Assembly: GCA_026026165.1 (NCBI GenBank)
Contig: JAPEUD010000069.1
Location: forward strand, 62,001 to 126,000
Source of the DNA: Sarea resinae
Lineage: Eukaryota
Direction of reading: 5' to 3'
Length of the DNA: 64,000 nt
The translations under genes were made by a program, and so were the position numbers. The notes below the pieces were generated by a model. It did not search any database. It saw only the letters and a list, made by a program, of their open reading frames with translations, and was not told the DNA's origin. Shown here piece by piece: positions 42,284 to 55,271 of the stretch (its first letter is position 1; every line of letters begins with the position of its first letter).

Positions 42284-45200
42284 ATGGCGGACCTGGCCTT
42301 TCCAGTGCAGAGGCAAGCTTCGTATTCGAATAAGCAAAGGCAGGAGCTTGATATCCGAGTGGAGGACTATCTCAACGACAAGCTCCAGACGCCAGCCGAT
42401 CTTCAGGGTCTGGATTCCCTGCTACTCAATGTCAAGCACCAACAGGCCCTGCTCAAAAGACAGGTATGCTATACCGGCACGAAGAAGAAACCCTGCTGAT
42501 CCGCTTTAGCTTCACGATGCCGATTCTGCCCTGGAGCAGGCTAAAAAGGAGTCCAAGGCGCATTCAACTTCTGTCACCCAGCGTGCGCAGGAGTTCGAAA
42601 AGCAGCAGCAGGAAATCGACCGTCGACTGCAAATTGTCACCAGATCCGAGACCAGCACCGATGCCGTTGAACTCTTCGAGGCCAGCATGGCCAAGCTGCG
42701 GAGGTTGGACGTTGCTAGTGGCTATGTCGAGCTGCTCAAGGAGGTTGATGTGCTAAGGTGGGCTGGCAAAACGATACATTCGCGGATATTTGGCTGACAC
42801 TTCGCTCATTAGTGCCGAGTCTCGTCAAAATGTCAAGTCCTCACCCGAGGCGGCATTGACACCCTATGTGCGTCTCCAGCGCCTTGTTAGGAGCCTTCGA
42901 CCACTCCAAACTGCTGCTGAAGGCGCCGCCCCTCATCTGCTTGACCACGTGGAGGCCACGACCGCTGCACTAAGGCAACAGATCAAAGATAACTTTAGTG
43001 CCGAGTTCGAAGCATTACTACATAAGCTAAAATGGCCCGACAAAGGGGTCGCTGTACCAGAAAGTCTGGATCAGGAATGGACGAGAAGAATAGACTTGCT
43101 TTTGGATCTCCAACAACCGTAAGTGAGGTCTCAAGGTCTTTTTTAAATGGGAGCCGGTATCTGAAAGCCTTGCAGAGAATTGGAGACTGGAGACAATGAG
43201 CATGAGGGCCAGCCGCCGTCAGCGGCACCTCCGATCTTATTCCCTTTTGAGGTCTTATCGAAGCCTTTGGAGCTACGGTTTAGGTATCACTTTGAGGGGG
43301 ATCGACCAACTAATAGGATTGACAAGGTGAGTCTGGCGTGGGATGAGCCACAATCTAGGCCACGCTGACTTTACAGCCCGAGTATTTTTTATCTCACATC
43401 ATCGGCTTGTTAGAATCGTACAATGGCTTTCTTACACGGCATGTCCAGCCGATCCTGGTCAACCACTTCAAAGGCTCAAATTTGGCTCTAAATCTTGTTT
43501 ATATTGACTCCACATCCGCGTTCATACATTCCCTTCTTCCTGTCTTACGCTCCAGGATTTTTTCTGTTTTACCTCAGATCGCCACGCAGCCTCAATTGTT
43601 GAGCCACTTCATGCATGAGCTCATGAGCTTTGATTCCAGTCTAAAAGATGATTGGGGGTATGATGGTGGGTGTGGTATGGATGGATGGAAGGGCCTGACA
43701 TGGGAAGTCCTCGTGCAAAAGGACTGGTTTGGGACTTGGTTGCAGGTCGAAAAGAATTGTAGCTCCTCCGTCCCTGGTACTAATCGACAAGCTATTTTCA
43801 TGTGCTGATTGCTTTATACAGTCGCCCTATCACGATACCAAAGCATAATAGATGCACCAGAGAGCGGAGAGCTCGATCATGACAGTGTCGATCAAGGCAC
43901 TACAAAGCCCACCAAAGCGGCCATACGTGTCAACGACCTCCTCGAGACAATCACGGGTATAGCATCATTCTTGTTCTCCTTGCACGGCAGCCACTCATAC
44001 TATCATCTACAGACCGATATCGTCCACTATCTTCCTTCTCCCAAAAGCTCCGCTTCCTAATCGACATTCAAATCGCCATCTTCGACAAGTTTCATGAGCG
44101 CTTGCACTCGAGTCTTGAAGCATATCTGGCAATGACCTCGTCTATCGCTCGAACCGTGCAGGGCGTAAGCAAAGAAGACCAGGCCAACCTTCGCGGATTA
44201 GGTGGCTTAGAGCGCCTCTGTCGCGTTTACGGTAGCGCCGCGTATCTCGAAAAGGCAATGAGTGACTGGAGTGACGATATTGTACGTGTAATTCCCTAAC
44301 TCATCTTATCTGAAATCCTCAATCGCCTAATGCATCATCATACAGTTCTTTCTTGAGCTTTGGGAAGAGCTTCAAGACAGAGCAAGAGGGAACACAGGAA
44401 ACAGGAACCTGGCAGGTCCCATGAGTTTTGAAGACGTGGCCGAACGAACTTCTAGCGCCGTCGGATCTGACAGCGACTCGGGGGCTCTCTTCGACGAGAC
44501 TGCTGCTGCCTATAAGAAGCTGCGCGTCAGGGCCGAGGGGATCATCGTTGACACGCTTACCTATAATGTGCGTGAAGCTCTGCGTCCCTATTCACGAATG
44601 TAAGTATCTTTACTCCCCTCAAAGTCATGTTTTCTTTCATTCTTTTCTGCCAAAAGGAGAACTCTTTTCTTATCTGACCCCACCATAGAAGCCCTTGGTC
44701 GGCTCTCGGTCCCTCAGACCTCACAGCAACCTCAACCACCACGACTGCTGAACTCGCCCCTCTCCTGACCTACCTAACCACCTCCTTTTCGTTCCTCAGC
44801 TCCGCCCTGTCGACCGCGCCCCTCCGTCGCATCGCTCGCCCTGTCGCTCAAACTCTCAATACATATATGCATGACTGTGTTCTCCGTAATCTATTCTCTA
44901 CGGCCGGCAGTGCCCAGTTCGCTCGCGATGTGGCAGCCGTCTGCGGCACGCTGGACCAGTATTTAGGATACGGACAGGCAGAGAGGGCTGGGATGAGAAA
45001 GATCCGGGAGGAAGTGGTGCTCTTAGGTCTGCCAGTAAGAGCATCTGGTAAGGGCAGAGGGAGTCAGAGTGGTGGAGATGTAGATGGCGGTGATGAGGAA
45101 GAAAACGGAGAGGGCCTGGGGGCCTGGGACGACGATATAGGGCTGTCATCGTCCCATGCTCCTGACGATAAGGAAACCCCTGAAGGGAGTAACCAAAGTC

Positions 45201-45355
45201 CTTCTCTGGGCTTATGGGAAGTGGAGTCACGCCTCTTCCAGGACAACGAGAGCGCCAGGGCTGTGCTACAGTATCTGGGGCTTGAATCCTTGTCCGAAGC
45301 AGATGCGAGACACGTTCTAGGACGGCGGGTAGAGCTGACTAGCACGGGTGTGTGA
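42284..45355 (+). CDS. TIP20: RINT-1/TIP20 family ER tethering subunit (Dsl1 complex)
   Basis: RVEDYLNDKLQT, PLELRFRYHFEGDRPTNRIDK|PEYF, QLLSHFMHELMSFD, LERLCRVYGSA, FSTAGSAQFARD. About 8 introns. Confidence 0.92.
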
Positions 45356-46572
45356 GATGTACAGAGCTGGTTTGTCTGTTGACTGCGCATTGGCATTCGG
45401 ATCGGCGTGAGAAGGCGTATCATGAAGTCGAAGCTGAAGGAACGTGTCGCATCAGCCCGACCAGATATTCCAAGTGACCTAGGATAAGGTTTGCGAGGTC
45501 AGATTGATTCACTTCAGCAAGTTGAGTAGATTCTAACTTTACTGGATCATGCTGTTCTCTTCTATATCCATCCCAAGAAATAACAAGACTCGCTTCTGAT
45601 TAAATCTCCTTTGCTCGTCGCGATACCATGAATATTCAAAATATAAGCAAGTATGCCAGTCTCCTATCATCGACCTTCCGCCTTGCCGTTTTGCAGACTA
45701 CATCCTCTTCGACAACAATTTCACCTCTTCGCACAATAGCAGCATTGACATGAACCTCTACGCTGAGCTTTCCGAATAATACGCATTCACATTCATCCTG
45801 CCCCCCGTTGACAATAGCAAATTCAGCCGTCTCTATTACGGCAAAACATTCACACACTGTCTGAGCTTTGAATCTTTTCAGCCATCTAATTATTTGCTCG
45901 CACCTTGTCTGTCTATCCCTTCTCTTTCCTGCATTTCTTCTCTACAACTCCACACACATCCTGCTTCCTTCCAGCCCACGTCCAGCTTCTGCGATAGACT
46001 TTAGATTTTCTCACGTCGTTCAGCTCGACCCCTTTCGCAATCAGCGCATCAAATCCTTCGGGGAGAGTGCTTTCCTAGCTTCAAGGTTCGCTCGTAAGGC
46101 TGGTCCTTCAAGAGCTCTTCTACTGCAGTCGGTCGGTCGGTCGGTCGGTCGGTCGGTCATAGAGTCTAGACGTCCAATCATTCACCCTTTCCTCCTCGCT
46201 GGACTTCGGGGATTCTTCGCAGATTCATTCACCACATCCTAGATCCGAGGCAATTTCGTTTGCAGAAATCAGAAGCGTTATTCACTCCTTCATACCTACC
46301 CAACCTTCCTTTTCCCGCTGGATCTCGAGGATACTTTGCTAGAAGCAGTCTTGTCTACTACTACCACCACCACCACCACCACCATCACCATCGCCATCCC
46401 AACCTCGCAGGATCCGAGGTCAAGAAAGCAGAAGCAACACGAGAATTACTCTAGCTCAAATAGTCCAATCAAGAAGGTAGTCCAAGATGTCGGTAAGTGT
46501 GCCATTCTCTCTGTCCTACGCTCTCCGACCCCCCATGCTTCAGATATCGTCAAGTCCTTTTCCGCATTCTCA

Positions 46573-48272
46573 ATGAAAGCTCCTGTTCCCATCCCCGTTT
46601 CCATTCCAGGAACCAAGGGTCAATATGTATATCACGCACGACTAACGCGCCACACCAAACAGGGCATCCGCAACCTCTACGTGAACCTGATGGCCAACCA
46701 CATCGAGCGCCATCGCAAACAGAAGACCTTGAAGCAGGTGTCGCGCTCGGAGATGGAGATGGTGTTGATCCGGGAGCTGGACGCGGCTGTATTTCCGATC
46801 GACTATAAGATCTCTTGGTATCATGCGGTATGTTGATCTTAATTTGTCAATCTTCCCCAACCGTGAGACATTTTCGTGGATCTTTCTATTCTCTTTTGCT
46901 ATCCTCGATGATATCGTTCTCTATCTCGCCTTTTGTCTTGCTCCCCTGCTGGTTATCGAGCCAAACCCCAATCTCTAATACACCATCCCTTATCACAGGT
47001 CCTCAACACAGCCATCTTCGACGACTTCTGGGCGGGCATGAAAGTGCTGCACCACTTATCTTCGCGCAGCACCGCGCGCTACTTGCCGGACGTGTCGTTG
47101 TTCGAGTACGAAGACCCGGAGAAGAAAGCGCGCCATCAGAAGCGTCACGGCGCGGGTCCCGATTCCGGCACACCGACCACTCTGACATCGTCCGGTGCCC
47201 ACCATTATCCTTCCTCATCCTCATCCTCTTCCTCATCCTCTTCCTCATCCTCTTCCTCATCCTCTTCTTCTTCGTCCGACGAGGAATCTGAAGACGAGGA
47301 CGTCACCACGGCCCATGGTCCTCATGCCGGCTACGGTGGAGCGAAAACCGCCAGCATGGATGACGAGGTCCAGAATCAGAAGAAGAAGAAGAAGAAGAAG
47401 AAGGTAGAATCTTGCCCTCCCCCCTCGTCCTCATCATCCTCCTCGTCTCCTTCGTCCTCGGATTCGGAATGCGAAGGCATCCGCACCAGCCGTCCGCCGA
47501 CCCCGCCCTCATCGGGTAAGACACGGGCTACGGCGTCATCGGCCAAAAAGACACCAGCGCGTTCCGCATCAACCACCAGCGGCGGCCGCGGCGGCGGCAA
47601 GAAAGCAGCCCCCAAGAAGCCTACCTCATTGGCGGCGGTAACAGCAGCGGCGGCTGCGGGGGCGGCGGCAGGGTCTGGCATAGCCACCATGGCGGGGAAG
47701 AGTATCGGTAGTACTGCTGCGCGAGCAAAGCCGACTGGCAAGGGCAAGGGCAAGGGAAAGGGAAAGGGCCCAGCACAGAGGAAGTCTCGCGTGAGCAACA
47801 AGGGCGCTGTGACCAAGGTTAGTTGCTTACGTTTTCGGACCCCTCTTATTCTGCCTCACCTTTTTTTCTTTTTTGCCTTTTTCCCCATCGTCCATCCGTC
47901 TTCCTCGCTGCCCCGCTCTCTCTACGCTATTCCGACCTCCAAAATATCACTCATCCCTATCTCCTACATCTGCATGTGTGCATACGCCGTCCATCACAGG
48001 CCGCTCTCCCCCCCGTCCCCTCCTCCCCCCGTCCCCTCCTCCCTCCCTCCCCTTCTCGTTTTCTTTCTTCTTTCCCCCCTCCGCAGTTTCGAAGACGAAT
48101 TAAACACTCTCACTCTCACACTTCCCCACTACACCAAAAGAAAAGAAAAAGGGCCAATCTAACTCTTATCGCGTCATCTCAAAGCCACAAGCCTAGCCGT
48201 CCCCAAAACCTGAGGGCAGTTACGCCAACCCAAGCCCAACCCAAGCCCAAGCCTTCCGCCAACGCAAGCTAG
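46573..48272 (+). CDS. Orphan-like basic, Ser/Lys-rich low-complexity protein
   Basis: ATG at 46573 (MKAPVPIPV). Introns GTATGT..CACAG (about 46828-46998) and GTTAGT..CCGCAG (about 47818-48086) join open frames. Poly-S, poly-K and GK repeats. Start and last exon are uncertain. Confidence 0.5.
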
Positions 48273-48885
48273 CTCTCCATCCTGGACCAAACCAAACGAG
48301 AACCAAATCTCAAAAACTAAAACTCAAAGCCAAGGGCGCAATGCAAAATTCCTAAGGACGGTTGGGAGGATATCAGGGAGGGAGGGAGGGAGGGACCCCT
48401 TTAGGGAAAGAAAGTGGTGAGAGTTTTGGGGGATAGGTTCGGTTGGTGTGGGTTTTTTTGTTTGTTTGTTTTTTTCTCTCTTCATTCTGTCTGTGTGGAT
48501 TGAATGCAAGAGAAAAGATTGGGATTCGAGAAATAATATCTCAAAAATCTTTTCAGGCGAGATGGGAACAGAAGTTGGGGGACAGAGTTGGAGAGAGAGA
48601 AAGAGAGAGAGGGGTGTGTTCTTTTCTTTTTTCTATCTATGTATCTAGATTAGGTAATCTAGCATTCTAAATTTCTGGTTTGAAGAGTAAAAAAAACGAT
48701 GGTCGTCGTTTTAGAAGTGGTTGTTATAATGAAGTAGGAAGGGAAGGCGCGAGGATCTTTTCTGTCTGATTGAAAGGCAGGAGACAGGGATACCGACAAC
48801 GACGAAGGGGAATGGGAAGCGGGAAAGCGCCATACGTAATACATCAATCTTACAGGAGATTTGGGGACTCCCCTCATTCACTCAC

Positions 48886-51800
48886 TCACAAAACCCTCTT
48901 CTCGACCTTCTCCTCATAAGCCTGGATGAGATCGCCCACAGCAAAGGCATCCCAGCCCTCGAAGCCGAGCCCACACTCGCCGCCCTTGCGCATCTCAGCG
49001 ACGTCCTTCTTGACCTGCTTCAAGCTCTGCAGGGTGCCATCGTAGACGACGTCCTTGGCGTTCCGGAGGACGCGGACCTTGGCGTTGCGGGCCACGACGC
49101 CATTGCGGACCTTGCAGCCGGCAAAGGGCCGGCGGCGACGGCCGCCGACGCCAATGTCGAAGATCTGCGCCACCTCGGCCTCGCCCACCACGCGGCTGGT
49201 GACGAGCGGCGGGAGGCGCTCCGAGAGCTTGGCCCGCACACCGTCGACGAGCCGGTAGATGATGTTCTCGTCGAGGATCTCGACGCCCTCGGCCTCGGCC
49301 AGCCGCGAGATGTTCGGCTCCACCGGCATGTTGAACGAGATGATGTAGCCGTGCGCAACGGCAGCGTGGTCGATGTCGAATTCGCCGACGGGACCCACGC
49401 CCGATCGGAGCACGTGGGCGCGCACTTCGGAATTGCCGAGCGCGGAGACTGAATTGACGACGGCTTCGACCGAGCCGCTGACATCGCCCTTGACGATGAA
49501 GAAGACCTCCTTGATGCCCGGGCCGGCGGCGGTGGCGGTATCGCCCTCGGTTGACTCAATAGCACCATCAGTCTCGGTCATTAGCTGCTGGCGGATGCGG
49601 TCGCGGTCGCGGTCGCGCTTCTCTTGCTCGGCGCGGCGGTTCTCATTGATGGCATCCATGTCTTCGGCGAGCTTGAATCGCTCGGCGCGCTCGACGCGGA
49701 AATCGACGACCCGTTTCGCCTTCTGCTCGCCTTCAGCCTGGAGGACCTCGTCGCCGGCATTGGGTTGTTCCTTCCAGCCATCGACTTCGACAGGCGTGCC
49801 GGGGCCGGCTTGTTCGACTTCTTGGCCGGCTTCATTACGGAGGGAACGGACGCGGGCCCAGGTTGAGCCTGCGACGATCGCGGCTCCGGCCCGCAGGGTA
49901 CCGCGGCGGACAAGCACAGTGGCGACGCGACCGGCCTTTTTGGTAGTAGCTTCTAGGACCCAGCCCTCGACGGGTCCCGTGGTATCGCCACGCATGTCGA
50001 GGATCTCGGACAACGTGATGGCGGCCTCTTCAAGCTCTTCCATGCCTTGGCCCGTCTTGCCGCTAACGCAGACGACTTGAGTGTCGCCACCAAAGTCTTC
50101 GACGTCGACGCCGTGGCGGGCGAGATCATGCTTGACGCGCTCGACGTTGGCTTCTTCTTTGTCGATTTTGTTGACGGCGACAATGATGGGGACCTTGGCT
50201 GCTTTAGCGTGGTTGATGGCCTCAATGGTCTGGGGCTTGACACTGTCATCTGCAGCCACGACTAGGATCACAATGTCCGTGACGTTGGCGCCGCGTTGGC
50301 GCATGTCTAGAAAAGCAGCATGGCCTGGAGTGTCGAGGAAAGTGATCAGTTTGCCAGAGGGCATGTGCACGGAAAAGGCACCGATATGCTGAGTGATTCC
50401 ACCGTGTTCCGATGCTGCTACAGAAGACTTGCGTAGCCAGTCAAGGAGGGTAGTTTTGCCATGATCGACGTGGCCCATGATAGTGACGACAGGAGGTCGA
50501 ACAGGAAGGAGGGATTTGTCTTCGGGAGCTGGCCGTGGCCGCAAGTCTTCTGACTCGCTCTTGTCAACGATAGGTTCATAGTTGTATTCCATAGCGATCA
50601 AACCCGCAGTCTCTGAGTTCAGTACGTGATCATGGCTCGTCTCTTCAAAACCAAGCTCCTCCATTTTCGCCACGAAATCATCTACCCGGACCCTCAAAGC
50701 CGAAGCGAGATTGCCGACACTGATATATTCTGGAAGCATGATCGGAATGGTCGAGGCAGCAGCTTTCTGGGCAGCTCGCTGTGCAGCTTTCTCCTTCTTG
50801 CGTTGTCTCTTTCGGTCGGCTCGTTGAGCTTCTTGTGTGTCCTCATCTTCGTACTCGGTCGCAAATTGTTCGCGCCTACGTGATTTATCCCGCCCACGAC
50901 CTTTAGCCTCCTTGCCGTTCTTTGAAACGCTGCTTGCCTCTTCGTCCTCAGAGGCAAATTTTTCCCGCCTTCGACGTTCTCTTGCAGGCCTCGTCTCTTC
51001 CTCTTGGTAGACTTCCTCCTGATCCTTCGTTGACTTCTCAGTAGACTTTTCAGTAGACTCTTCTACAGTCGGGCCGTCTGACTGGCTCAGAGCCTGGGGT
51101 ACGTATGAAAATTGAGGGCGATCCTCCTCCTTGACAATGCTTGGCTCCTCCTTAGATGGTAATGATGTTGTGCTCGATGCGGCGCTTGCTTCTGAATCAG
51201 CCGCTGATCTCCCTTTTCTTGGCCCGTTGAATCCAACAAACCCTCCATTTCTCGCAGTATCCTCTCGAACCCTACGTTGGCTTTCGAAACGCTCGAGCTT
51301 GTGCGGCGCTGGGTCAGGACCTTCAGGACTACCATTATTCTCTTGATCACGACGGCGGTTGACGTGCCGCCAACTCGAGGCTACACTGGGATCGAACTCA
51401 TTCTTTCCTCGTTCGCTGGTTGTATCAGAGACAGGCTTCGATCCGCGGTTCGCCGTACGAAAGTTTTTGCCTAGATGTCCTATTCCTTTAGTCGCTTCTG
51501 CACGATTGTTTCTTTGCCGATGAGGTGGCTTCTTGAAATCTGCCACATGATTGGTGTTGACCGACGGATCGAGTTTTGCGCTCTCGGCATGGTGAGCATT
51601 CGAATTCTTCTCTGTATGCGGTACGGGAGCCACATGTCCATGATTCGTTGCCTTCATGCTCCAAATCCTCTGGCCCCCTTCCGCTGCTTGGTGAGGTTTG
51701 AATGAGAACTGACCCTCGCCAGCACTGGCTGATCCAAATCTCGTAGGGCGCGTAGGATGTCGATGGTCATGATGAGTCTGGGCTTTCTTCTGCTGTATTA

Positions 51801-52143
51801 TCCTATTTCTTAGTGCCTCCTCTTCTGGCGATAAGCTCGCTGCGACAGGTCGGCGGCCCCAGCCGCCACTCGACCCAGAGGACTGTTGATCCTGATCTTT
51901 TTCTGGAACGGGAGCAACAGCAGCAGCGGGACCTTCAGCGGGTAACGGACGTGAAGACTGAAGATATCTGCGCTGGACGTGCAGCGGTCGACGGGCGGGT
52001 GAAGCTTCTACACCGAGCTTGTTTGCGCAAAAGACGCAAAGGGATTGGCTCGAGGAGGCCTAACATAGAAATTTAGATCTTTTCTAGGCAAAACAGCTAT
52101 ATCGGATTATTTTGCTTACCCTGAAAGCCCGCGGGCACGACAT
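48886..52143 (-). CDS. IFM1: Mitochondrial translation initiation factor IF-2
   Basis: [60 protein letters not shown]. Short first exon MSCPRAFR, a 60-nt intron at 52060..52119, then an Arg/Ser-rich presequence-like region in frame with the long ORF. Confidence 0.93.
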
Positions 52144-52919
52144 TGAGAGCTGATCTTACCTCTGAGGTATCATCAGCAACGGGACAGTATTTGTTAGCAA
52201 TGGCCGGCAGGAGGGACACTGCTCGTGGATGGGTTGTATGGATGATGATGCTTCGGACACCACTAACTGTTTTGCCGACACTTTTTTACGACGGTACTTC
52301 ACACTTCCCCATGGAGATATCTCGGTCGCCTAATTAAGGGTACTTTGAGACGCAAACAATGCAAACACCACCCTATCGGCACTCGAGTAGATCTCCAGCT
52401 GGTCATCAAAACTGATTAATTTATGATTATTGTATGGCTAATACGATTACCTTAAGATTGTTGTTTGATGGCTTCTACAATACCACACGCTGCGCTGCGG
52501 ACAAGCCTTCCAGTCCATACTATTTCGGCGGCTATGTTCAAAGTCCTTCGATTGCTATAAACAGCCACCGACTCAAAAAGACGCCCTTCGCCCTGACCAA
52601 GGATGAAGCTCGATTTGGCAGCCAAGGCTGCAGCACGGCTGGTTGCCGTTGATGGCAGGCATTGCAATTACCATGTCGTGTTTGGCATTGTGGGAACTTA
52701 TGTTCTTGGTGATAGTTCAGATCAATGCTCGTCATGCTTCTTGATACGTAAGGTAGGTATTGAACGAAAGGAAAGGGTTGTGCTGTGAAGTTTCGCCAAG
52801 TATGAGATTCCATGCATTCAATACGCCTGTCTGCATTTTCGTTTTGGTCCCGACAGGATGCGAACCCGGGAGGAAATCAAGCTATATATATCTATTTAAC
52901 ACTATATATCCTAACGAAA

Positions 52920-53030
52920 GGTTGTATGGTGTAATGGTATAATCGGACAGCTGTTACAATGCAGCGTCCTGTATAACACGCGGCGTTCTGCCTTTGTATG
53001 ACCTCACCCGCGTGTATGTATACATTACCA
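52920..53030 (+). ncRNA. Candidate structured RNA or tRNA-Gln-derived relic
   Basis: Begins GGTTGTATGGTGTAATGGT (tRNA-Gln-like 5' end with A box) after TATA-rich DNA and has several complementary stems. No canonical T arm. Confidence 0.3.
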
Positions 53031-53408
53031 TTAAGAAATCCGACATAATGATATGAGATCCCCTTTCAATGCTGGCTTAACGCCAATGAGATAATCCCAG
53101 CGGGGGGTTTCGTAGGATTACTCGAATGGGTAGTCTGAGCTTTTTGCTTCCCTGCCTGATGGCCTGAGATGATTGTTTTTAGATAGGTCATACATATACC
53201 ACAGTCTAGCAACAACAACCATAAAAATGGCAAGTCTCGTATTCGGCATTGACAACGAGAATTCGGAGCTCGTCCAGATATAGTCAACGGTTGAGGGATC
53301 TCTAAGACACTGTAGCCATGCTCTAGGGTCTTCGCTTTCGTGCGTCTGAAACAGCAGTGCGAGATCCGTTCTTCTTAGATATGTGGGTTTACTAGCTAGC
53401 TAGTAGTG

Positions 53409-54696
53409 CTACCACTTTTTCGGCGCCGAAACAACAGTCCGCGAGAATGTCGCGCTCATCATACTCTCCGGGCTCTTCATGCGCTGCTTAGCTTGGATGC
53501 CAGTGCGGTCAGTGACCGGCGTGGCATTGATAATGTCGTCAAACGCATCGTCTTCGCCGTTGTCAGAGTCCGCTTCGACATCCGAGTCCACAGTGAGAGT
53601 GTCGGGGCGCGTAATGCGCTCTGGTGCTTGCTTTTGGCCCTCGCCGTTGTTTGAAGGGTTAGTAAACGGTCGCGATTGCAAGACGCGACGCCGCAGCTCA
53701 GCCATCTCTTCTTCGTCGTCTTCATCTGAGGACGGAAAGTCTAGGGGGTTGCGCTGTTCCGTGTCGTCATCCTTATCATCCTTCTCATTTCCCTCGTTTG
53801 ATCCTTTTTCATCACTATCATCACCTTCTTCGTCGGAATCGACGCGAACCTGTCGGTTCATGTTGCCTCCTTTCCAGGCATCTTCTTCCGCGGCACCAGC
53901 CGGCCCACCTGCTCTGCTCTCTGCATATTCACGTTCGATCTTGTCTAGCCAGACCTCCTCGGCTTTCTTTATTTCCTCCTCGCTGGAACACGCGGCATAG
54001 CGCTTCAGTAAAGATGAATTGATTTCGAGAAAGGCTTCGCCATAAGAAAAGGGTGAAAGTATGTCTGCTGCCCAGTCGGCATGTCCGCAGATATAAAAGC
54101 AAGCAGCCAGAGCCTCAGCACAGTTCAACCGCCATGGGCGACCGTAGTTGACTGTATTTGCGGCAACAAGATACGGTACTGTAATTAGCTGTTAGTGTTC
54201 ATGAGGCTCAATGGCAGGGGATTTGCGGATGCGGACGTAGTCTTTCGCATTTGCCCCCAATCTTTGCGAACGGCACCTCCGTTAATCGCGCCCACGAACA
54301 CTCTACCACCGCTGCACCATACTGATCGAGCAACTCCTTATCTGCGGGTGAGACTACCTTTTTGGCATTGGGCCTTTGATCCTGGTCAGCTCTCTCTTAT
54401 GCGCAGAGGCGACTCCGAGGATATATGCCACGACAAAGAACTACCTACGAGACCACAACACCAGCAAACTTTTGTCCCACGTGAAGATCGCGCATGAGTC
54501 CACGCTTCATGAGCTTTTTCCCTGAGCATCTCTTGGGATCGCAGTGCCCAAGGTCCCAGCATGCTGCCTTGTAAGGTGGGCGCGGACGAGAAGCGCCTTC
54601 TTCGCCATCGTCGCCAACAGGACCGCCCCGCTGTCGACGAGGATTTGAGTATTTGGATCCCCGAGAGGAGAAATTATCTTTCTTGTGGCGGACCAT
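53409..54696 (-). CDS. TSR3: 18S rRNA aminocarboxypropyltransferase Tsr3
   Basis: MVRHKKD..., [55 protein letters not shown]; acidic C-terminus. Two introns. Confidence 0.95.
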
Positions 54697-55271
54697 GATC
54701 ACGCCAGTGGTAGTAAGGAGCAGCGCAGGTGATGAGCACGAGTGATAGTGGTCTGAATGATAGCGATTACAATGATGGTAAAGATTGTTATAGGAATCTT
54801 AGATCTGCCATAAGGTAGTACGGATATACTGTGGCTTACTATGGTATGACGGTGTGTGTGGCTCTTGAAAGTAAAGTGGAGGTACCTCACGGGAATGCGC
54901 ACCTCGTAAGTACAAGCCCGACAAGTATCTTCAGCCCATGGTCAGCCTACCTGGGTACTTGTAGACTGACTAATCTCAGGTATTGCCGCTGCCTGGCTCG
55001 GTCTCCTTACTCTTCTTGCTCCCACTGGCTATGCCCCACCACGGACACGGGCACTGGGCACCGTCGTATGCTGTTGATGCTACCACGTACGAATACCTAC
55101 GAATACCTCACGCTGCTACACCAACACTTGCCTTTTCTCATGACAGCTTCAGATTACCATTCACCTCAATTAGACAGTCCGGTTCGCCTGCTCATTCGGG
55201 AGCCGCATTGATCGATCTCATTACACCGGCCGGATCTCTCATCGGCTCCTGGTCTCGTCTCATCCGTCACC

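Noticed and set aside
49020..50392. Long antisense or alternative-frame ORFs over IF2 (similar ones over CCT7, the ligase and PP28)
   Set aside because: Expected shadow ORFs of GC-rich coding sequence.
52845..52870. Minus-strand tRNA 3'-end-like string (GGTTCGCATCCTGTCGGGACCA)
   Set aside because: The T stem pairs poorly and there is no matching D or anticodon arm upstream on that strand.
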